Source: Kiritimatiellia bacterium (GTDB lineage: Bacteria > Verrucomicrobiota > Kiritimatiellia > RFP12 > UBA1067). From it: a DNA stretch of 64,000 nt. Made by a program: the position numbers and the translations under genes. The stretch is taken from the NCBI GenBank assembly GCA_027858965.1, contig JAQIBS010000020.1, positions 23,569 to 87,568 on the forward strand, read 5' to 3'. This document shows, piece by piece, positions 32,308 to 42,779 of this stretch. Position 1 is the stretch's first letter. Each line of letters begins with the position of its first letter. Below the pieces are notes generated by a model. The model ran no database searches. It worked only from the letters and a program-made list of their open reading frames with translations, and was not told where the DNA came from.

Positions 32308-34542
32308 ATGAGCATTGAATCACTGAAGAATTATGTATTTACATCAAAATACAGCCGATATATCCCCGAAAAAATGCGCCGCGAGACCTTTGAAGAGGCT
32401 GTCGAGCGTGTTATTGAGATGCACCGTACCCACTTTAACGCCAAGAACATCAATGTTGATGATTTGCTTGACCGCTGCGAAAAAGCCATCAAGAAACGTA
32501 TGGTACTGGGTAGCCAACGAGCCATGCAGTTTGGTGGCGAACCCATTCTGAAGAAGAATGCACGTATTTACAACTGCACGACATCATATTGTGACAGAGC
32601 TCGTTTCTTTCAGGAAGCACTCTGGTTACTACTCTGCGGTTGCGGCGTAGGTTTCTCTGTCCAGAAACATCATATTGCCAAGCTGCCGAAAATAGCCCCC
32701 CCCACTGGTGCGACAGATACATTTGTGATTCCTGACACGATTGAAGGATGGGCCGATTCTCTGGGAGTACTGCTCTCATGTTACTTTACATCTCATCATC
32801 CATTTCCTGAATTTGCAGGCAAAAAAGTTGTTTTTGATTACTCTCTGATACGCCCCAAGGGACGTCCGATCTCATCGGGCATGGGACGGGCCCCCGGCCC
32901 GGAGCCGCTAAAACGCAGCATGGAGCTAATCTCAGAGCTTCTGGAACGTTGTCTGGAAAAAGGATTGACCGAGCTGCGTTCACTTGATGCCTATGATATT
33001 CTGATGCATGCATCCGATGCCGTGCTCTCAGGGGGCGTACGCCGTAGTGCGACAATCTGCCTGTTTTCACCGGATGATGAACTTATGGCCAAAGCCAAAA
33101 CAGGCAACTGGTTCAACGAAAATCCACAACGTGCACGGTCAAACAACTCCGCCATTCTATTACGCAACGAGACAAGCCGCGAGCAGTTCTCATCGCTGAT
33201 GCAATCAGTTAAGGAGTTTGGCGAACCCGGTTTTGTCTGGACCGACAACCTGGAGATGACCTTCAATCCCTGCGTGGAAATTGGTCTCTACCCGCAATTT
33301 GAAGGTAAATCAGGATTTGCATTCTGTAACCTCTGCGAAATTAACATGGGTATTGTTGACACTGCCGAGAAGTTTAAGGAGTCATGCGAAGTGGCCGCCA
33401 TTCTGGGAACACTGCAAGCGGACTACACAGAGTTCACCTATCTTGGTGATGTCAGCACACAGATTGCCAAGAGTGAAGCACTGCTGGGAATTTCAATGAC
33501 CGGCATGATGGAGCATCCGAAAATAGCTTTTGACCCTGAGCTGCAGCGTAAAATGGCTAAACACATCATTAAAATCAATGCCAAAGTAGCAAAACTTATT
33601 GGGATCAACCCTGCAGCCAGAGCAACTTGTGTCAAACCAGCAGGATCAACCAGTTCCCTTCTAGGAACATCATCAGGAATTCATCCACACCATGCCAAGC
33701 GCTATCTACGCAGGGCACAGGCCAACGAAGATGAACTGCTGGTTGACTTTTTTAAGGGACAAAACCCCAAGGCTGTTGAGAAATCGGTCTGGAATCCCAA
33801 TGGCACCGATGTCGTACTGACATTCTGTATTGAGGCAAACCCAGATGCCATGACAAAAAGAGACCTCTGCGCCACAGACCTTCTTGAGAAGGTGAAATTA
33901 ACTAAAGAGAACTGGATTGATACAGGCAAGCAGGAAGAACTTTGTGCTAAACCATGGCTCAGCCACAATGTATCCAATACCATTTCCGTTAAAGATGGTG
34001 AATGGGATGCAGTTGAAGAATATATATATAAGCATCGCCGCGCCTTTGCTGGAATTTCACTGCTACCGGACGGTGGAGACCTTGACTATCCACAGGCCCC
34101 CTTCTGCGAAGTATTGTCTGCCGAAGACATTGTTGCAACCTATGGAGTCGGTGCCGTTCTGGCCTCCGGTCTGATTGTTGATGGACAGCACGCCTTTGAT
34201 GATAATCTCTGGGCAGCCTGCGACTGTGTTCTGGGACGCGGAGAAAATCTTAGTGAAGAGACTCCCAAGATTTATCCAATGCGTGTACTTGAAGCTATTG
34301 AAGAGGTCCGCAAACAGAAAAACGACTGGGTACGCCGGGCGCATAAATTTGCTGACAACTACTTTAACCGTGATTCCCTTAAGATGACACGTTGCCTCAA
34401 ACGCGTCAGCACCTGCAAGATGTGGGAAGATCTGACCCGGACATATGCACCGGTTGACTACACCCAGCTTATCGAGAAGCAGGACAACACAACCGTTACT
34501 CAGACTATTGCCTGTGCCGGTGGAAAGTGCGATATTCTGTAA
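32308..34542 (+). CDS. nrdJ: adenosylcobalamin-dependent (class II) ribonucleotide reductase, monomeric RTPR-like
   Basis: 744 aa, the length of L. leichmannii-type RTPR; active-site-like TFNPCVEIGL; C-terminal CxxC pair (IACAGGKCDIL). Confidence 0.65.
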   Translation: MSIESLKNYVFTSKYSRYIPEKMRRETFEEAVERVIEMHRTHFNAKNINVDDLLDRCEKAIKKRMVLGSQRAMQFGGEPILKKNARIYNCTTSYCDRARFFQEALWLLLCGCGVGFSVQKHHIAKLPKIAPPTGATDTFVIPDTIEGWADSLGVLLSCYFTSHHPFPEFAGKKVVFDYSLIRPKGRPISSGMGRAPGPEPLKRSMELISELLERCLEKGLTELRSLDAYDILMHASDAVLSGGVRRSATICLFSPDDELMAKAKTGNWFNENPQRARSNNSAILLRNETSREQFSSLMQSVKEFGEPGFVWTDNLEMTFNPCVEIGLYPQFEGKSGFAFCNLCEINMGIVDTAEKFKESCEVAAILGTLQADYTEFTYLGDVSTQIAKSEALLGISMTGMMEHPKIAFDPELQRKMAKHIIKINAKVAKLIGINPAARATCVKPAGSTSSLLGTSSGIHPHHAKRYLRRAQANEDELLVDFFKGQNPKAVEKSVWNPNGTDVVLTFCIEANPDAMTKRDLCATDLLEKVKLTKENWIDTGKQEELCAKPWLSHNVSNTISVKDGEWDAVEEYIYKHRRAFAGISLLPDGGDLDYPQAPFCEVLSAEDIVATYGVGAVLASGLIVDGQHAFDDNLWAACDCVLGRGENLSEETPKIYPMRVLEAIEEVRKQKNDWVRRAHKFADNYFNRDSLKMTRCLKRVSTCKMWEDLTRTYAPVDYTQLIEKQDNTTVTQTIACAGGKCDIL

Positions 34543-34590
34543 CAGTCTACAGTTCACAGTCTACAGTTCACAGTCTACAGTCTACAGTTT
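34543..34590. repeat. tandem array of CAGTCTACAG / TTCACAGTCTACAG units (reverse complement of the 19891 array family)
   Basis: cagtctacagttcacagtctacagttcacagtctacagtctacag immediately after the RNR stop. Confidence 0.9.
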
Positions 34591-34832
34591 GTGGTAAGTT
34601 CAGATTGAATCAATGATTCCGAATTGCAGATAACTGTGAGAAAAATAATAGTTTATTGAAAACGGAAAAAACCATTTATACTCAGTGCTTAACACAGTAC
34701 AGCCCCGCATTAGCGGGGTTTTTTCACATACAATGTTTTCACAAAACTGCATTCATTATTCGGGAAGGGCATGCTATAATGAACCTTCAGCTATAACAGA
34801 ACATAGGAACAAAAGAACAAAAATCCCCGCCA

Positions 34833-36197
34833 ATGCATAAATTCATTTTCACATTCTTAATTATTCTCACTCTGCTCCCATTTCCAGGTGCAGCAACTCC
34901 TGCACCTGCAAACCCCTATTTTTCCTGGAAAACCCAGAATCAGGCACAAAAGGCATTTGCAGCCAGCAACACTGTTATCACAACAGAAAACTGCGTTTTT
35001 TCGAACAACAACAGCACCCTGCGTTTTTACAACGGCAGACGTAAAGCAGAGATTGATGATGTAACAGTCTGGCTGAATGTGGCACCGGAACTAAACAAGT
35101 CGAATCATCAATGGCATATAGCAACCATAGATATGGATCTGCTCTCGCTCTCTCTACAGTCACAAGCAGAAAAGGAACCGGCTCCATTGAAAATCGTAAT
35201 TGATCCCGGTCATGGAGGAAGTGACTCAGGAGCCATTACAGCCTTTAAAGATTTTTATGAAAAAGAGATCAATCTAATACTGGCAAAACAGGTTGGAAAA
35301 ATCCTTAAACGCTGCGGCTTAACAGTAATCTATACCAGAAAAAAAGATACCACACTATCTTTAGCAGAACGCTCCGCCATAGCTCGCCGGAAAAAGGCCG
35401 ATCTTTTTGTTAGCATTCATGCCAACAAAGCCGCCAACACAAATGCCTGCGGCATGGAAACATTCGTCTTAACCCCCAGCGGCTATCATGGAACATCCAG
35501 TGGCAGTCCTCCACGTGGCTGGCAGATTGGAAACAAAAATGATTACAACAACAACCTGCTTGGCTACTCCATTCACAAAGAGCTTATAAAGCTGGAAAAC
35601 ACGATGGACAGAGGACTTAAACGCCAATCTTTTTTTGTGCTGAGGGAGACTCATTGTCCGGCAGTTCTAATAGAAGCAGGTTTTCTTTCGAACAAAGAAG
35701 AGGTAGCGCGCATGAAAACCAGTAAATGGCAAGCTGAGTGCTCGCATAAGATTGCTGATGGAATCATTGAATACTGTCGTAAGGTCAACTCATTGAATAA
35801 AGCCGTTGCCGCTAAACGTAAAAGCGATACCGAGGCCAATGAGCAATGGCAGAATTATCTCGCACAGAAAAGAGACAAACGGATAAAAACGGCAAAAGTG
35901 AAACAGGTTGACAAAGAAGAAATACCCCAATTGGCAGCCGTTTCTGAAAAAGCCATACAACCCGAGATGGCAACAGCACAAACGCAAAAAACTAAGTATG
36001 CTAAGGTTAATATTACTGACAGCAAACAACTTAAAGAAGCAGCCTCCCCTGACCTTCAATACATCTCCAGTAGCTCAATCCAATCGGTTGCCACCAACAT
36101 CTATCTAAAAAATGCAGAGAGCGCCACCGAGAAGAAAACTGACAATGCGGGGTTACAAACACTGGCCGATTTTTATGAGACAGGCAAGGTTAAATAG
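34833..36197 (+). CDS. N-acetylmuramoyl-L-alanine amidase (Amidase_3, AmiC-like) with long C-terminal extension
   Basis: IVIDPGHGGSDSGAI...FVSIHAN...ETHCPAVLIEAGFLSN amidase_3 motifs; signal peptide. Confidence 0.7.
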   Translation: MHKFIFTFLIILTLLPFPGAATPAPANPYFSWKTQNQAQKAFAASNTVITTENCVFSNNNSTLRFYNGRRKAEIDDVTVWLNVAPELNKSNHQWHIATIDMDLLSLSLQSQAEKEPAPLKIVIDPGHGGSDSGAITAFKDFYEKEINLILAKQVGKILKRCGLTVIYTRKKDTTLSLAERSAIARRKKADLFVSIHANKAANTNACGMETFVLTPSGYHGTSSGSPPRGWQIGNKNDYNNNLLGYSIHKELIKLENTMDRGLKRQSFFVLRETHCPAVLIEAGFLSNKEEVARMKTSKWQAECSHKIADGIIEYCRKVNSLNKAVAAKRKSDTEANEQWQNYLAQKRDKRIKTAKVKQVDKEEIPQLAAVSEKAIQPEMATAQTQKTKYAKVNITDSKQLKEAASPDLQYISSSSIQSVATNIYLKNAESATEKKTDNAGLQTLADFYETGKVK

Positions 36198-36305
36198 CAG
36201 AGAACCATTTGATAAGCAGGCCTATACATCAAAAGAATAATTAATGGCGCATAGGATTCGGGGGAATCCACCATCAAATTAAACCGGGGTTAAGAAATAC
36301 CCACA

Positions 36306-38147
36306 TTGAGAATAGATATGCAAGACGAATCTACAACAGAGAACGACCAAGAGAGTAAGAGCAGTGAGCAACGCAATTTTAAAAAAACATTAATTTTTGC
36401 AGCCGCCCTTTTTCTGATTCCCTTTATAATAGCAACCCTTATGGGTGTCATTGCCAATCAGCTTTCGCCAGTCAAACAAAAAACGAAGGCTGCGCTTGCG
36501 GCTGAAAACAGCGGTAATACAAACCTGCCGGTTTGCAGTGCGACAGCAGACATATCGGAACTGCTGCAATACCGCAATGCCATGAAAGAGAGCGGTCAGG
36601 CGGTTGACCTCACAAACATTCGCATCTGGGCGGCAGCAGCCAAGCAGCCAGCACTGCTGATTTCAGTCAAACCACCAGCCCCCGGCAAGGAGTGGAGCTG
36701 GAGACTTTCGAAAGATGGCATGCATGCATTGGCCATAGAAATAGATCCAGAAAACTCCTTGTTAAAACAAGTTGCCCTCTACAGTTTTGAAAAAGAACAA
36801 TGGGTATGGCAGAACAGGCTTCCCTGGCCCGAGAGTCATGAATCGCCCTGGGTCTTTAATAACACCACCATCATCAGAAGTTCAAAAAACAATCGTCGGT
36901 TTGCTATGGAAATCAATCCAGAGGGTAATATTGTATCCATTGACTCACTTGCTGGGGACGGTCCTTTCCCGGAAACAGAGATCCAGCCGGACAATAGTAT
37001 CCCCGGCACAGCGATTGCGGTCAGATCAAATGTATATTTCATCAAAGACTCTCAGGATTGCTCACTGCAGGGATACGCACTCAGCACAGTACCTGGTTTA
37101 TATCCTGCTGGCGAGATTGGCGAGACCACCTGTTTCTCGGGAACAGGCCTGTTAAAATTCACAGCCAAAGCAGGCATAATCAAAGTCATTGATGCATTTA
37201 CCGGAATTACATTAAGCGAGAAAGCGGGGTGGATAGCTTCATCCAACACAGTCGTTTCTGCATTGGCATCAAACCGTGACGGCTCAGAGCTCAATCTGCT
37301 TATGAGTTCAACCTTTGAAGCACCTCAAGCGGTTACGCGAAAATGGCGCATTCTTTATACCCCGGAGGATAACAATCTAAACATAAGCATGACCAACGCT
37401 ACATCCATTGTTAAAACGCCCCCGTCATCGACCATTCTGACTCCCTTAAAAAAATGGATCATCAATCTGCGATCTGAAAGCATTCTGGCGGTTTTTGATC
37501 ATGCAACCGGAAAAGAGGTCACAAAGGTTGATCTCAAAAAACATATCAACTGCAACGGCAATCCGATTTTAGAGGCATCCCTACTGGAGGGAGAGAGTTA
37601 CATATTGCTGAAGCAGAGAAACCGGGCGTTCCTACTCTCTCTAAATTCTATCGTGCATTACGGTGATCTTCTGGCACGACTGAAACTCTGCAAAAAGAAT
37701 CTCTCTGAATATACCGAAGATGAACTTCTTCAAACCAACCTGGTTGACAACTCCATGCGGGAGATTGAGTCCGCCAATAGCGATAAAGCTGCAGACACAT
37801 TCAATTACGCTATGGACATTGATCAGAACCAGATGGACCCTCGTCTGCTTGAGCCACCGGCTCTACCATCCATTCTGAGTTTACAGGCGGAATTCCTTGC
37901 AACTCACCATGCCTGGCTTTACGCTACCGGCAAACTGAAACAACTCACAAAAATGCAAGAGAATGATAACCGTGCTCCACGAGCAAATCCACTTCTTTGT
38001 TCCCGGTATCTACAGCTTTCCGGCAAAAATGAGGAAGCAAAAAAAGTATGCCGCAAAGCGCTCAACTCTCTTTTTTATGATTTTACTCCTTACAATCGGA
38101 TGATCCGCTATCAGATGTTGAAAACATTCTTCCTTAAGGGTGATTGA
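36306..38147 (+). CDS. hypothetical membrane-anchored protein (613 aa)
   Basis: single N-terminal TM helix; no recognisable catalytic motif. Confidence 0.35.
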   Translation: MRIDMQDESTTENDQESKSSEQRNFKKTLIFAAALFLIPFIIATLMGVIANQLSPVKQKTKAALAAENSGNTNLPVCSATADISELLQYRNAMKESGQAVDLTNIRIWAAAAKQPALLISVKPPAPGKEWSWRLSKDGMHALAIEIDPENSLLKQVALYSFEKEQWVWQNRLPWPESHESPWVFNNTTIIRSSKNNRRFAMEINPEGNIVSIDSLAGDGPFPETEIQPDNSIPGTAIAVRSNVYFIKDSQDCSLQGYALSTVPGLYPAGEIGETTCFSGTGLLKFTAKAGIIKVIDAFTGITLSEKAGWIASSNTVVSALASNRDGSELNLLMSSTFEAPQAVTRKWRILYTPEDNNLNISMTNATSIVKTPPSSTILTPLKKWIINLRSESILAVFDHATGKEVTKVDLKKHINCNGNPILEASLLEGESYILLKQRNRAFLLSLNSIVHYGDLLARLKLCKKNLSEYTEDELLQTNLVDNSMREIESANSDKAADTFNYAMDIDQNQMDPRLLEPPALPSILSLQAEFLATHHAWLYATGKLKQLTKMQENDNRAPRANPLLCSRYLQLSGKNEEAKKVCRKALNSLFYDFTPYNRMIRYQMLKTFFLKGD

Positions 38148-38494
38148 CACAGTTCTTCCTCTTGGAGACGCTGCGCTCTGTAAATTGTGAATTGAGGTGC
38201 TCGATGCTGATAGCGTTATGGGCCAGATGGGCCTAATGTGAGTCGCCTTTGGCGATGGGGTGCGAGGCCGCTTACTCGAACACTTAAACGAACAACTTAC
38301 ACGATCGCCATCGCCCATAGATTCCAATGCGGGAGGGCGCGTAAAGGCGGAATAGCGGAAGACGGAACCTTTTTAACATTTTAACCACTTGAACTGTCGC
38401 GAATTTCTTGTTTTTTATGACAGGAGTTGATTTTATAGCTACTAAAGCAAAAAATCCAGCACCCTGTGGGATGCTGGACTATAAATCACGCAGC

Positions 38495-39679
38495 TTACTG
38501 CTCTGAATCGCGTAGTTTACTCAACCAGTACTCCATTTGCTTACCGGCTGCCTCACGTCCACCCAGACCAAACGCCAATGCAATAGTAACAGCCAAAGCC
38601 CCCAGAGTCAGCATAAAGGCCAGATTGACAATTTCGTTGGCAACTCCGAGAGCACGCAGCCCCATGGCAAGAACAAGACCGAGAATAGCAAAACGCACAA
38701 TCGATGCAACAATGCTCTTCTCATTATCCCGCTTCAGCGCACGAAATGCAACATTGGCAATCATGTTACCAGCCGCAATTATGACAAGGCTTAATGCCAC
38801 ATTACCGGCAAAGCCCAATAGATCACCGAGAAGTTCAGCCACCTGACCGAACCCCAGTTTCTCCGCCGCTGTAACACCTGCGCCAAGCATAATGAAGAAA
38901 AAGAGGACGCCTCCACAAACCTTGGAAAGTTTAGTCCGGCTGAAAAGTCCTCCGATGCCAATCTTTTCAGGAAATTCATCCGCGCCCAGATTTTCCAACA
39001 GAGATGCAACAAACCCAGTTACAAAGAGTCCTACAATGTAAGCGACACCCATAACCAGCGCAGCTGCCAGAATCTGAGGCACAGCACTCATTAAGCTTTC
39101 GACCATGCGCGTTGCAGGCACGGATATGGCATCAATCTTCAATGCATCCAATGCTGAGATCAGTACAGGAATAAACACAAATATAAAGACCAGCTGCTTG
39201 AGAAGGTTGGAAGGACTGAATTTTTCCGGCAAGCCCACTTTAGTAACGGCATCATCGAGTCCTTTAGTCACGACAGCAACAATACCAGAGAGCATCTTGG
39301 CCAGAATAAACCCAAGAAAACCGATAAGGCCAGCTGCCACAACATTTGGAAGCATGCCCATAACTACACCAAACATATCTTTGAGCGGATCCAGAACGCC
39401 CTCAATGCCAAGAATATCCAAAGTTAAAAGTAATACATATACTACAATAATAGCGTACACAAGACCACTGGCAAGGGCTTCAACCCTAAGCTTCTGCCCC
39501 GTTGTTTTTTCAAAACGTTGATCAATGCCCAGCTTACTCAGCACCGCTTTCAGCGCAGTTCGCACCAAACGTGCAACAAATATACCAACAACAAGGACAA
39601 TGACTGCCCCTACAAATGAGGGAATGTATTTTCCCATAACTTCCAGTAACGGATTTATGAACTGTCTTACTGCTTCCAT
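38495..39679 (-). CDS. polytopic membrane protein with conserved TM-helix repeats (MscS-associated type)
   Basis: repeated GxxVxxLLxxLGI-type hydrophobic repeats reminiscent of the PF05552 TM_helix repeat. Confidence 0.4.
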   Translation of the reverse strand: MEAVRQFINPLLEVMGKYIPSFVGAVIVLVVGIFVARLVRTALKAVLSKLGIDQRFEKTTGQKLRVEALASGLVYAIIVVYVLLLTLDILGIEGVLDPLKDMFGVVMGMLPNVVAAGLIGFLGFILAKMLSGIVAVVTKGLDDAVTKVGLPEKFSPSNLLKQLVFIFVFIPVLISALDALKIDAISVPATRMVESLMSAVPQILAAALVMGVAYIVGLFVTGFVASLLENLGADEFPEKIGIGGLFSRTKLSKVCGGVLFFFIMLGAGVTAAEKLGFGQVAELLGDLLGFAGNVALSLVIIAAGNMIANVAFRALKRDNEKSIVASIVRFAILGLVLAMGLRALGVANEIVNLAFMLTLGALAVTIALAFGLGGREAAGKQMEYWLSKLRDSEQ

Positions 39680-39821
39680 TTTTCATCTCCTTTTTTGTCA
39701 TTACTACCACTATTATACCCAGTGCCAAAACAGCGATACATTATTACAAAAACCTATTTGCTATTATACAGGTTAAACAAGACGATGCAAATATATATTT
39801 ACAATTTTCTTAAATAGCCAA

Positions 39822-41031
39822 ATTGTAATATTAAATGCGACAAACATATGGACAAAAAAAATGTTCCATGTGACGATAAACCCTCAACAAAAATCGTTCA
39901 AAAAATTGCAGAAAGGAAAAAGTAACATGGAACAGAAGAATAGTATCAGGAAAGACGGGAAAGGGAAACACCTGACTTTAGATGACAGGTTAATCATGGA
40001 GGGCAGCTTAAAGGCAGGCCAGAAGCCGAGTTGGATCGCTTTAATATTGAACTGTGATCGGAGCACTGTCTACAGGGAGAAAAAGCGTGGGACCTTCCCG
40101 CACACCAACTCGGATCTGACAACATCGATGGTGTACAACGGACGGAGGGCACAGGAGCTTTACGAAAGCAAAATGGAAACCAAAGGTCCGGGGCTTAAAA
40201 TAGGATGTGACATGAAATTGCATGATTTTATTCGGAACAAGATTCTAGGCGAGCATTATGCTCCTGATGTGATCGCAGGAGTCCTTAAAAAAAACAATGC
40301 GTACAGCGTTACACTATCCACTAAGACCATTTATAATTATATTGAAAGTGGTTATATCAGGGGTGTTAACAATTACACTTTGAAAGAGAAGACTAAGCGT
40401 AAAAAGAGAGGTAAAGGCAAAAAAAGAGCGAAAAAAGTAGCGTTTAAGTCAAAAAAGAGTATCCGAAAACGCCCTTCCGAGGCGGATGACAGGAAGGAGG
40501 TCGGGCATCTTGAGGGCGATCTGATAGTCAGCGGAACAGGTATGTCAGCCGCAGCGCTGCTGACTATCGTCGATCGGAAAAGCAGATACGCATTTATATT
40601 AAAGATCCCGGATAAAACACAGAAATCTGTCATAGACGGGTTAAGCAAAATGGAACGTCGAATAGGAGCGAGGCGGTTCAGGGAAATATTCAAAACTTTG
40701 ACGCTGGATAACGGAAGCGAGTTTCTCGACTGGGAATCACTTGAACGTTCATCCGTAACCAAAACCATTAAAAGAATCGCGGTGTATTTCGCTGATCCGT
40801 TCTCCTCCTGGCAAAGAGGAACTAACGAGAACTTCAACGGAATGGTTAGAAAGTTCATTCCAAAAGGAGCGGATATCGGCAAGTATACGAACAAGGAGAT
40901 AAGGCAAATTGAAGAGTGGATAAATAATTATCCGCGCCGGATATTGGACTACACATCCGCGAAGGATGTATTCGAGGGAGAGTTGAGCGGCTGTCAAGCA
41001 TAATGAATTTTGTCGCATTTAGAGTTGCAAT
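39822..41031 (+). mobile_element. IS30-family insertion sequence (about 1.21 kb) with imperfect terminal inverted repeats
   Basis: IRL attgtaatattaaatgcgacaaacata vs IRR (rc) attgcaactctaaatgcgacaaaattca; single transposase ORF inside. Confidence 0.75.
39924..41003 (+). CDS. IS30-family DDE transposase
   Basis: N-terminal HTH (LTLDDRLIMEGSLKAG), KTIYNYIESGYI, integrase-core with HLEGDLIV...D...E spacing typical of IS30. Confidence 0.8.
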   Translation, partial: NMEQKNSIRKDGKGKHLTLDDRLIMEGSLKAGQKPSWIALILNCDRSTVYREKKRGTFPHTNSDLTTSMVYNGRRAQELYESKMETKGPGLKIGCDMKLHDFIRNKILGEHYAPDVIAGVLKKNNAYSVTLSTKTIYNYIESGYIRGVNNYTLKEKTKRKKRGKGKKRAKKVAFKSKKSIRKRPSEADDRKEVGHLEGDLIVSGTGMSAAALLTIVDRKSRYAFILKIPDKTQKSVIDGLSKMERRIGARRFREIFKTLTLDNGSEFLDWESLERSSVTKTIKRIAVYFADPFSSWQRGTNENFNGMVRKFIPKGADIGKYTNKEIRQIEEWINNYPRRILDYTSAKDVFEGELSGCQA

Positions 41032-41161
41032 CCGGCTAAGGAAAACTCTTCCTGTGTTTTCCAAGAAAATGCATACTTGCCTTTTGCTGTGTTTAATCTA
41101 TAATAAAGGCATTAATAGTTTATCTTTATATTAACATCACTTATAATCAAGCGGAGACAAT

Positions 41162-42526
41162 ATGAAAAGACGACTTGTATTCGGCGTATTAATTGTATGC
41201 ACCACCATGGCATTTTCCTATGAAGCAAATTGGGAATCTCTGGACAAACGGCCTATCCCCGAGTGGTGGCAAAAAGCCAAATTCGGAATATTTATCCACT
41301 GGGGAGTTTATGCTGTTCCCGCTTATGCACCAACCGAAGGCAAACATGTGTATGCCAAATATGCTGAGCACTATGATAACAGGCTGCGTACAAAAAATGA
41401 GGCTTTTGTTGAATTTCACAACCGCGTTTATGGCGACAAGAAAACGTATAGCGATTTTGCCAACGATTTTAAGGCGGAACATTTTGATCCGGCTAAGTGG
41501 GCCGAGCTCTTTAAAAAAGCTGGGGCAAAATATGTGGTTCTGACCTCCAAGCACCATGACGGGTTTGCGCTCTTCCCCAGTAAGTACAGCCCACGCTGGA
41601 ATAGCTCAATTCTAGGTCCCCACCGCGATTTAGCTGGCGACCTATCCAAAGCCGTTAAAGATGCAGGACTACACATGGGCTTCTACTACTCCCTGTTGGA
41701 ATGGGGCAATCCACTCTACTCTAAAGAGACAATTGACCGATGGGTAAACGAAGTTAATATGCCCCAGATGAAAGAGCTGGTTACACGCTATAAACCGGAG
41801 ATCATCTGGACTGATGGCGAATGGGATTACTCAGACGACAAACTTCGCAGTGTTGATTTTCTGCAATGGCTCTATAACGAATCACCGGTTAAAGATACGG
41901 TTGTAGTGAACGATCGCTGGGGTAAAAAAACACGAGGTAAACATGGTGGCCATCATACAACCGAGTATGATCTGATTCACAGCACCAACTCATCCGATAT
42001 GAAATTTGCTCATCCATGGGAGGAGTGCCGCGGCATTGGATCATCATTCGGCTATAACCGCTTTGAAACAACAAAGAACTACATGAGTTCAGCCCAATGC
42101 ATAGAGTCGCTGATTGAGAAGGTCAGCCGGGGAGGCAATCTGTTACTCAACATCGGTCCTCAGGCCAATGGACTCATTCCCGTCATTATGCAGGAACGCC
42201 TGTTGGATATGGGCAAATGGCTGGATGTCAATGGAGAGGCCATTTACGGAACTACCGCTTGGGAGCACAGACCGGCCACGATGCGTAAAGATAAAATCTA
42301 TTATACAAAAAAACCGGATGCTCTCTACGTCATCTGCACAACATGGCCACAGACACCTGTGATTGTTGAGAATCTTAAAAATGCTCAGAGCGTCACCCTT
42401 CTAGGAAGTGACCTTAAGATTGATTTCAAAGCTGAAGGCAACAAACTTACAATTACGCCGCCACCAATCAACCCCGGCAACATGCCATGTAAACACGCGT
42501 GGACATTTAAGATCATCTCGAAGTAA
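41162..42526 (+). CDS. alpha-L-fucosidase, glycoside hydrolase family 29
   Basis: FGIFIHWGVYAVPAY ... HHDGFALFPS canonical GH29 motifs; signal peptide. Confidence 0.85.
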   Translation: MKRRLVFGVLIVCTTMAFSYEANWESLDKRPIPEWWQKAKFGIFIHWGVYAVPAYAPTEGKHVYAKYAEHYDNRLRTKNEAFVEFHNRVYGDKKTYSDFANDFKAEHFDPAKWAELFKKAGAKYVVLTSKHHDGFALFPSKYSPRWNSSILGPHRDLAGDLSKAVKDAGLHMGFYYSLLEWGNPLYSKETIDRWVNEVNMPQMKELVTRYKPEIIWTDGEWDYSDDKLRSVDFLQWLYNESPVKDTVVVNDRWGKKTRGKHGGHHTTEYDLIHSTNSSDMKFAHPWEECRGIGSSFGYNRFETTKNYMSSAQCIESLIEKVSRGGNLLLNIGPQANGLIPVIMQERLLDMGKWLDVNGEAIYGTTAWEHRPATMRKDKIYYTKKPDALYVICTTWPQTPVIVENLKNAQSVTLLGSDLKIDFKAEGNKLTITPPPINPGNMPCKHAWTFKIISK

Positions 42527-42779
42527 ACAGGGTGAAATCAAATTATTGGACTAATTTTACTAGCGTCCCTTTGGGACGTAGAGGCTTTAGGCTCTAGACT
42601 ATAGGCTATTGGGTGAAAAGCGCCTGGCAATTGTTTGAAATTATCAAACAAGCTTTAAAAAGGAAGTGTATAAAATTGTGATTTTCTAAAGTCTAACCAC
42701 CTAAAACCTAACGGACTGCATCCTTCTTGTCTGGGTGTAGTTCCGCTTGCGGGACGGAGACTGATGGGATGCCTGTGAT

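Noticed and set aside
42564-42578. cgtccc-ttt-gggacg hairpin after the fucosidase gene as a rho-independent terminator
   Set aside because: The stem is only 6 bp with no following T-run. It is kept as a possible weak structure, not annotated.
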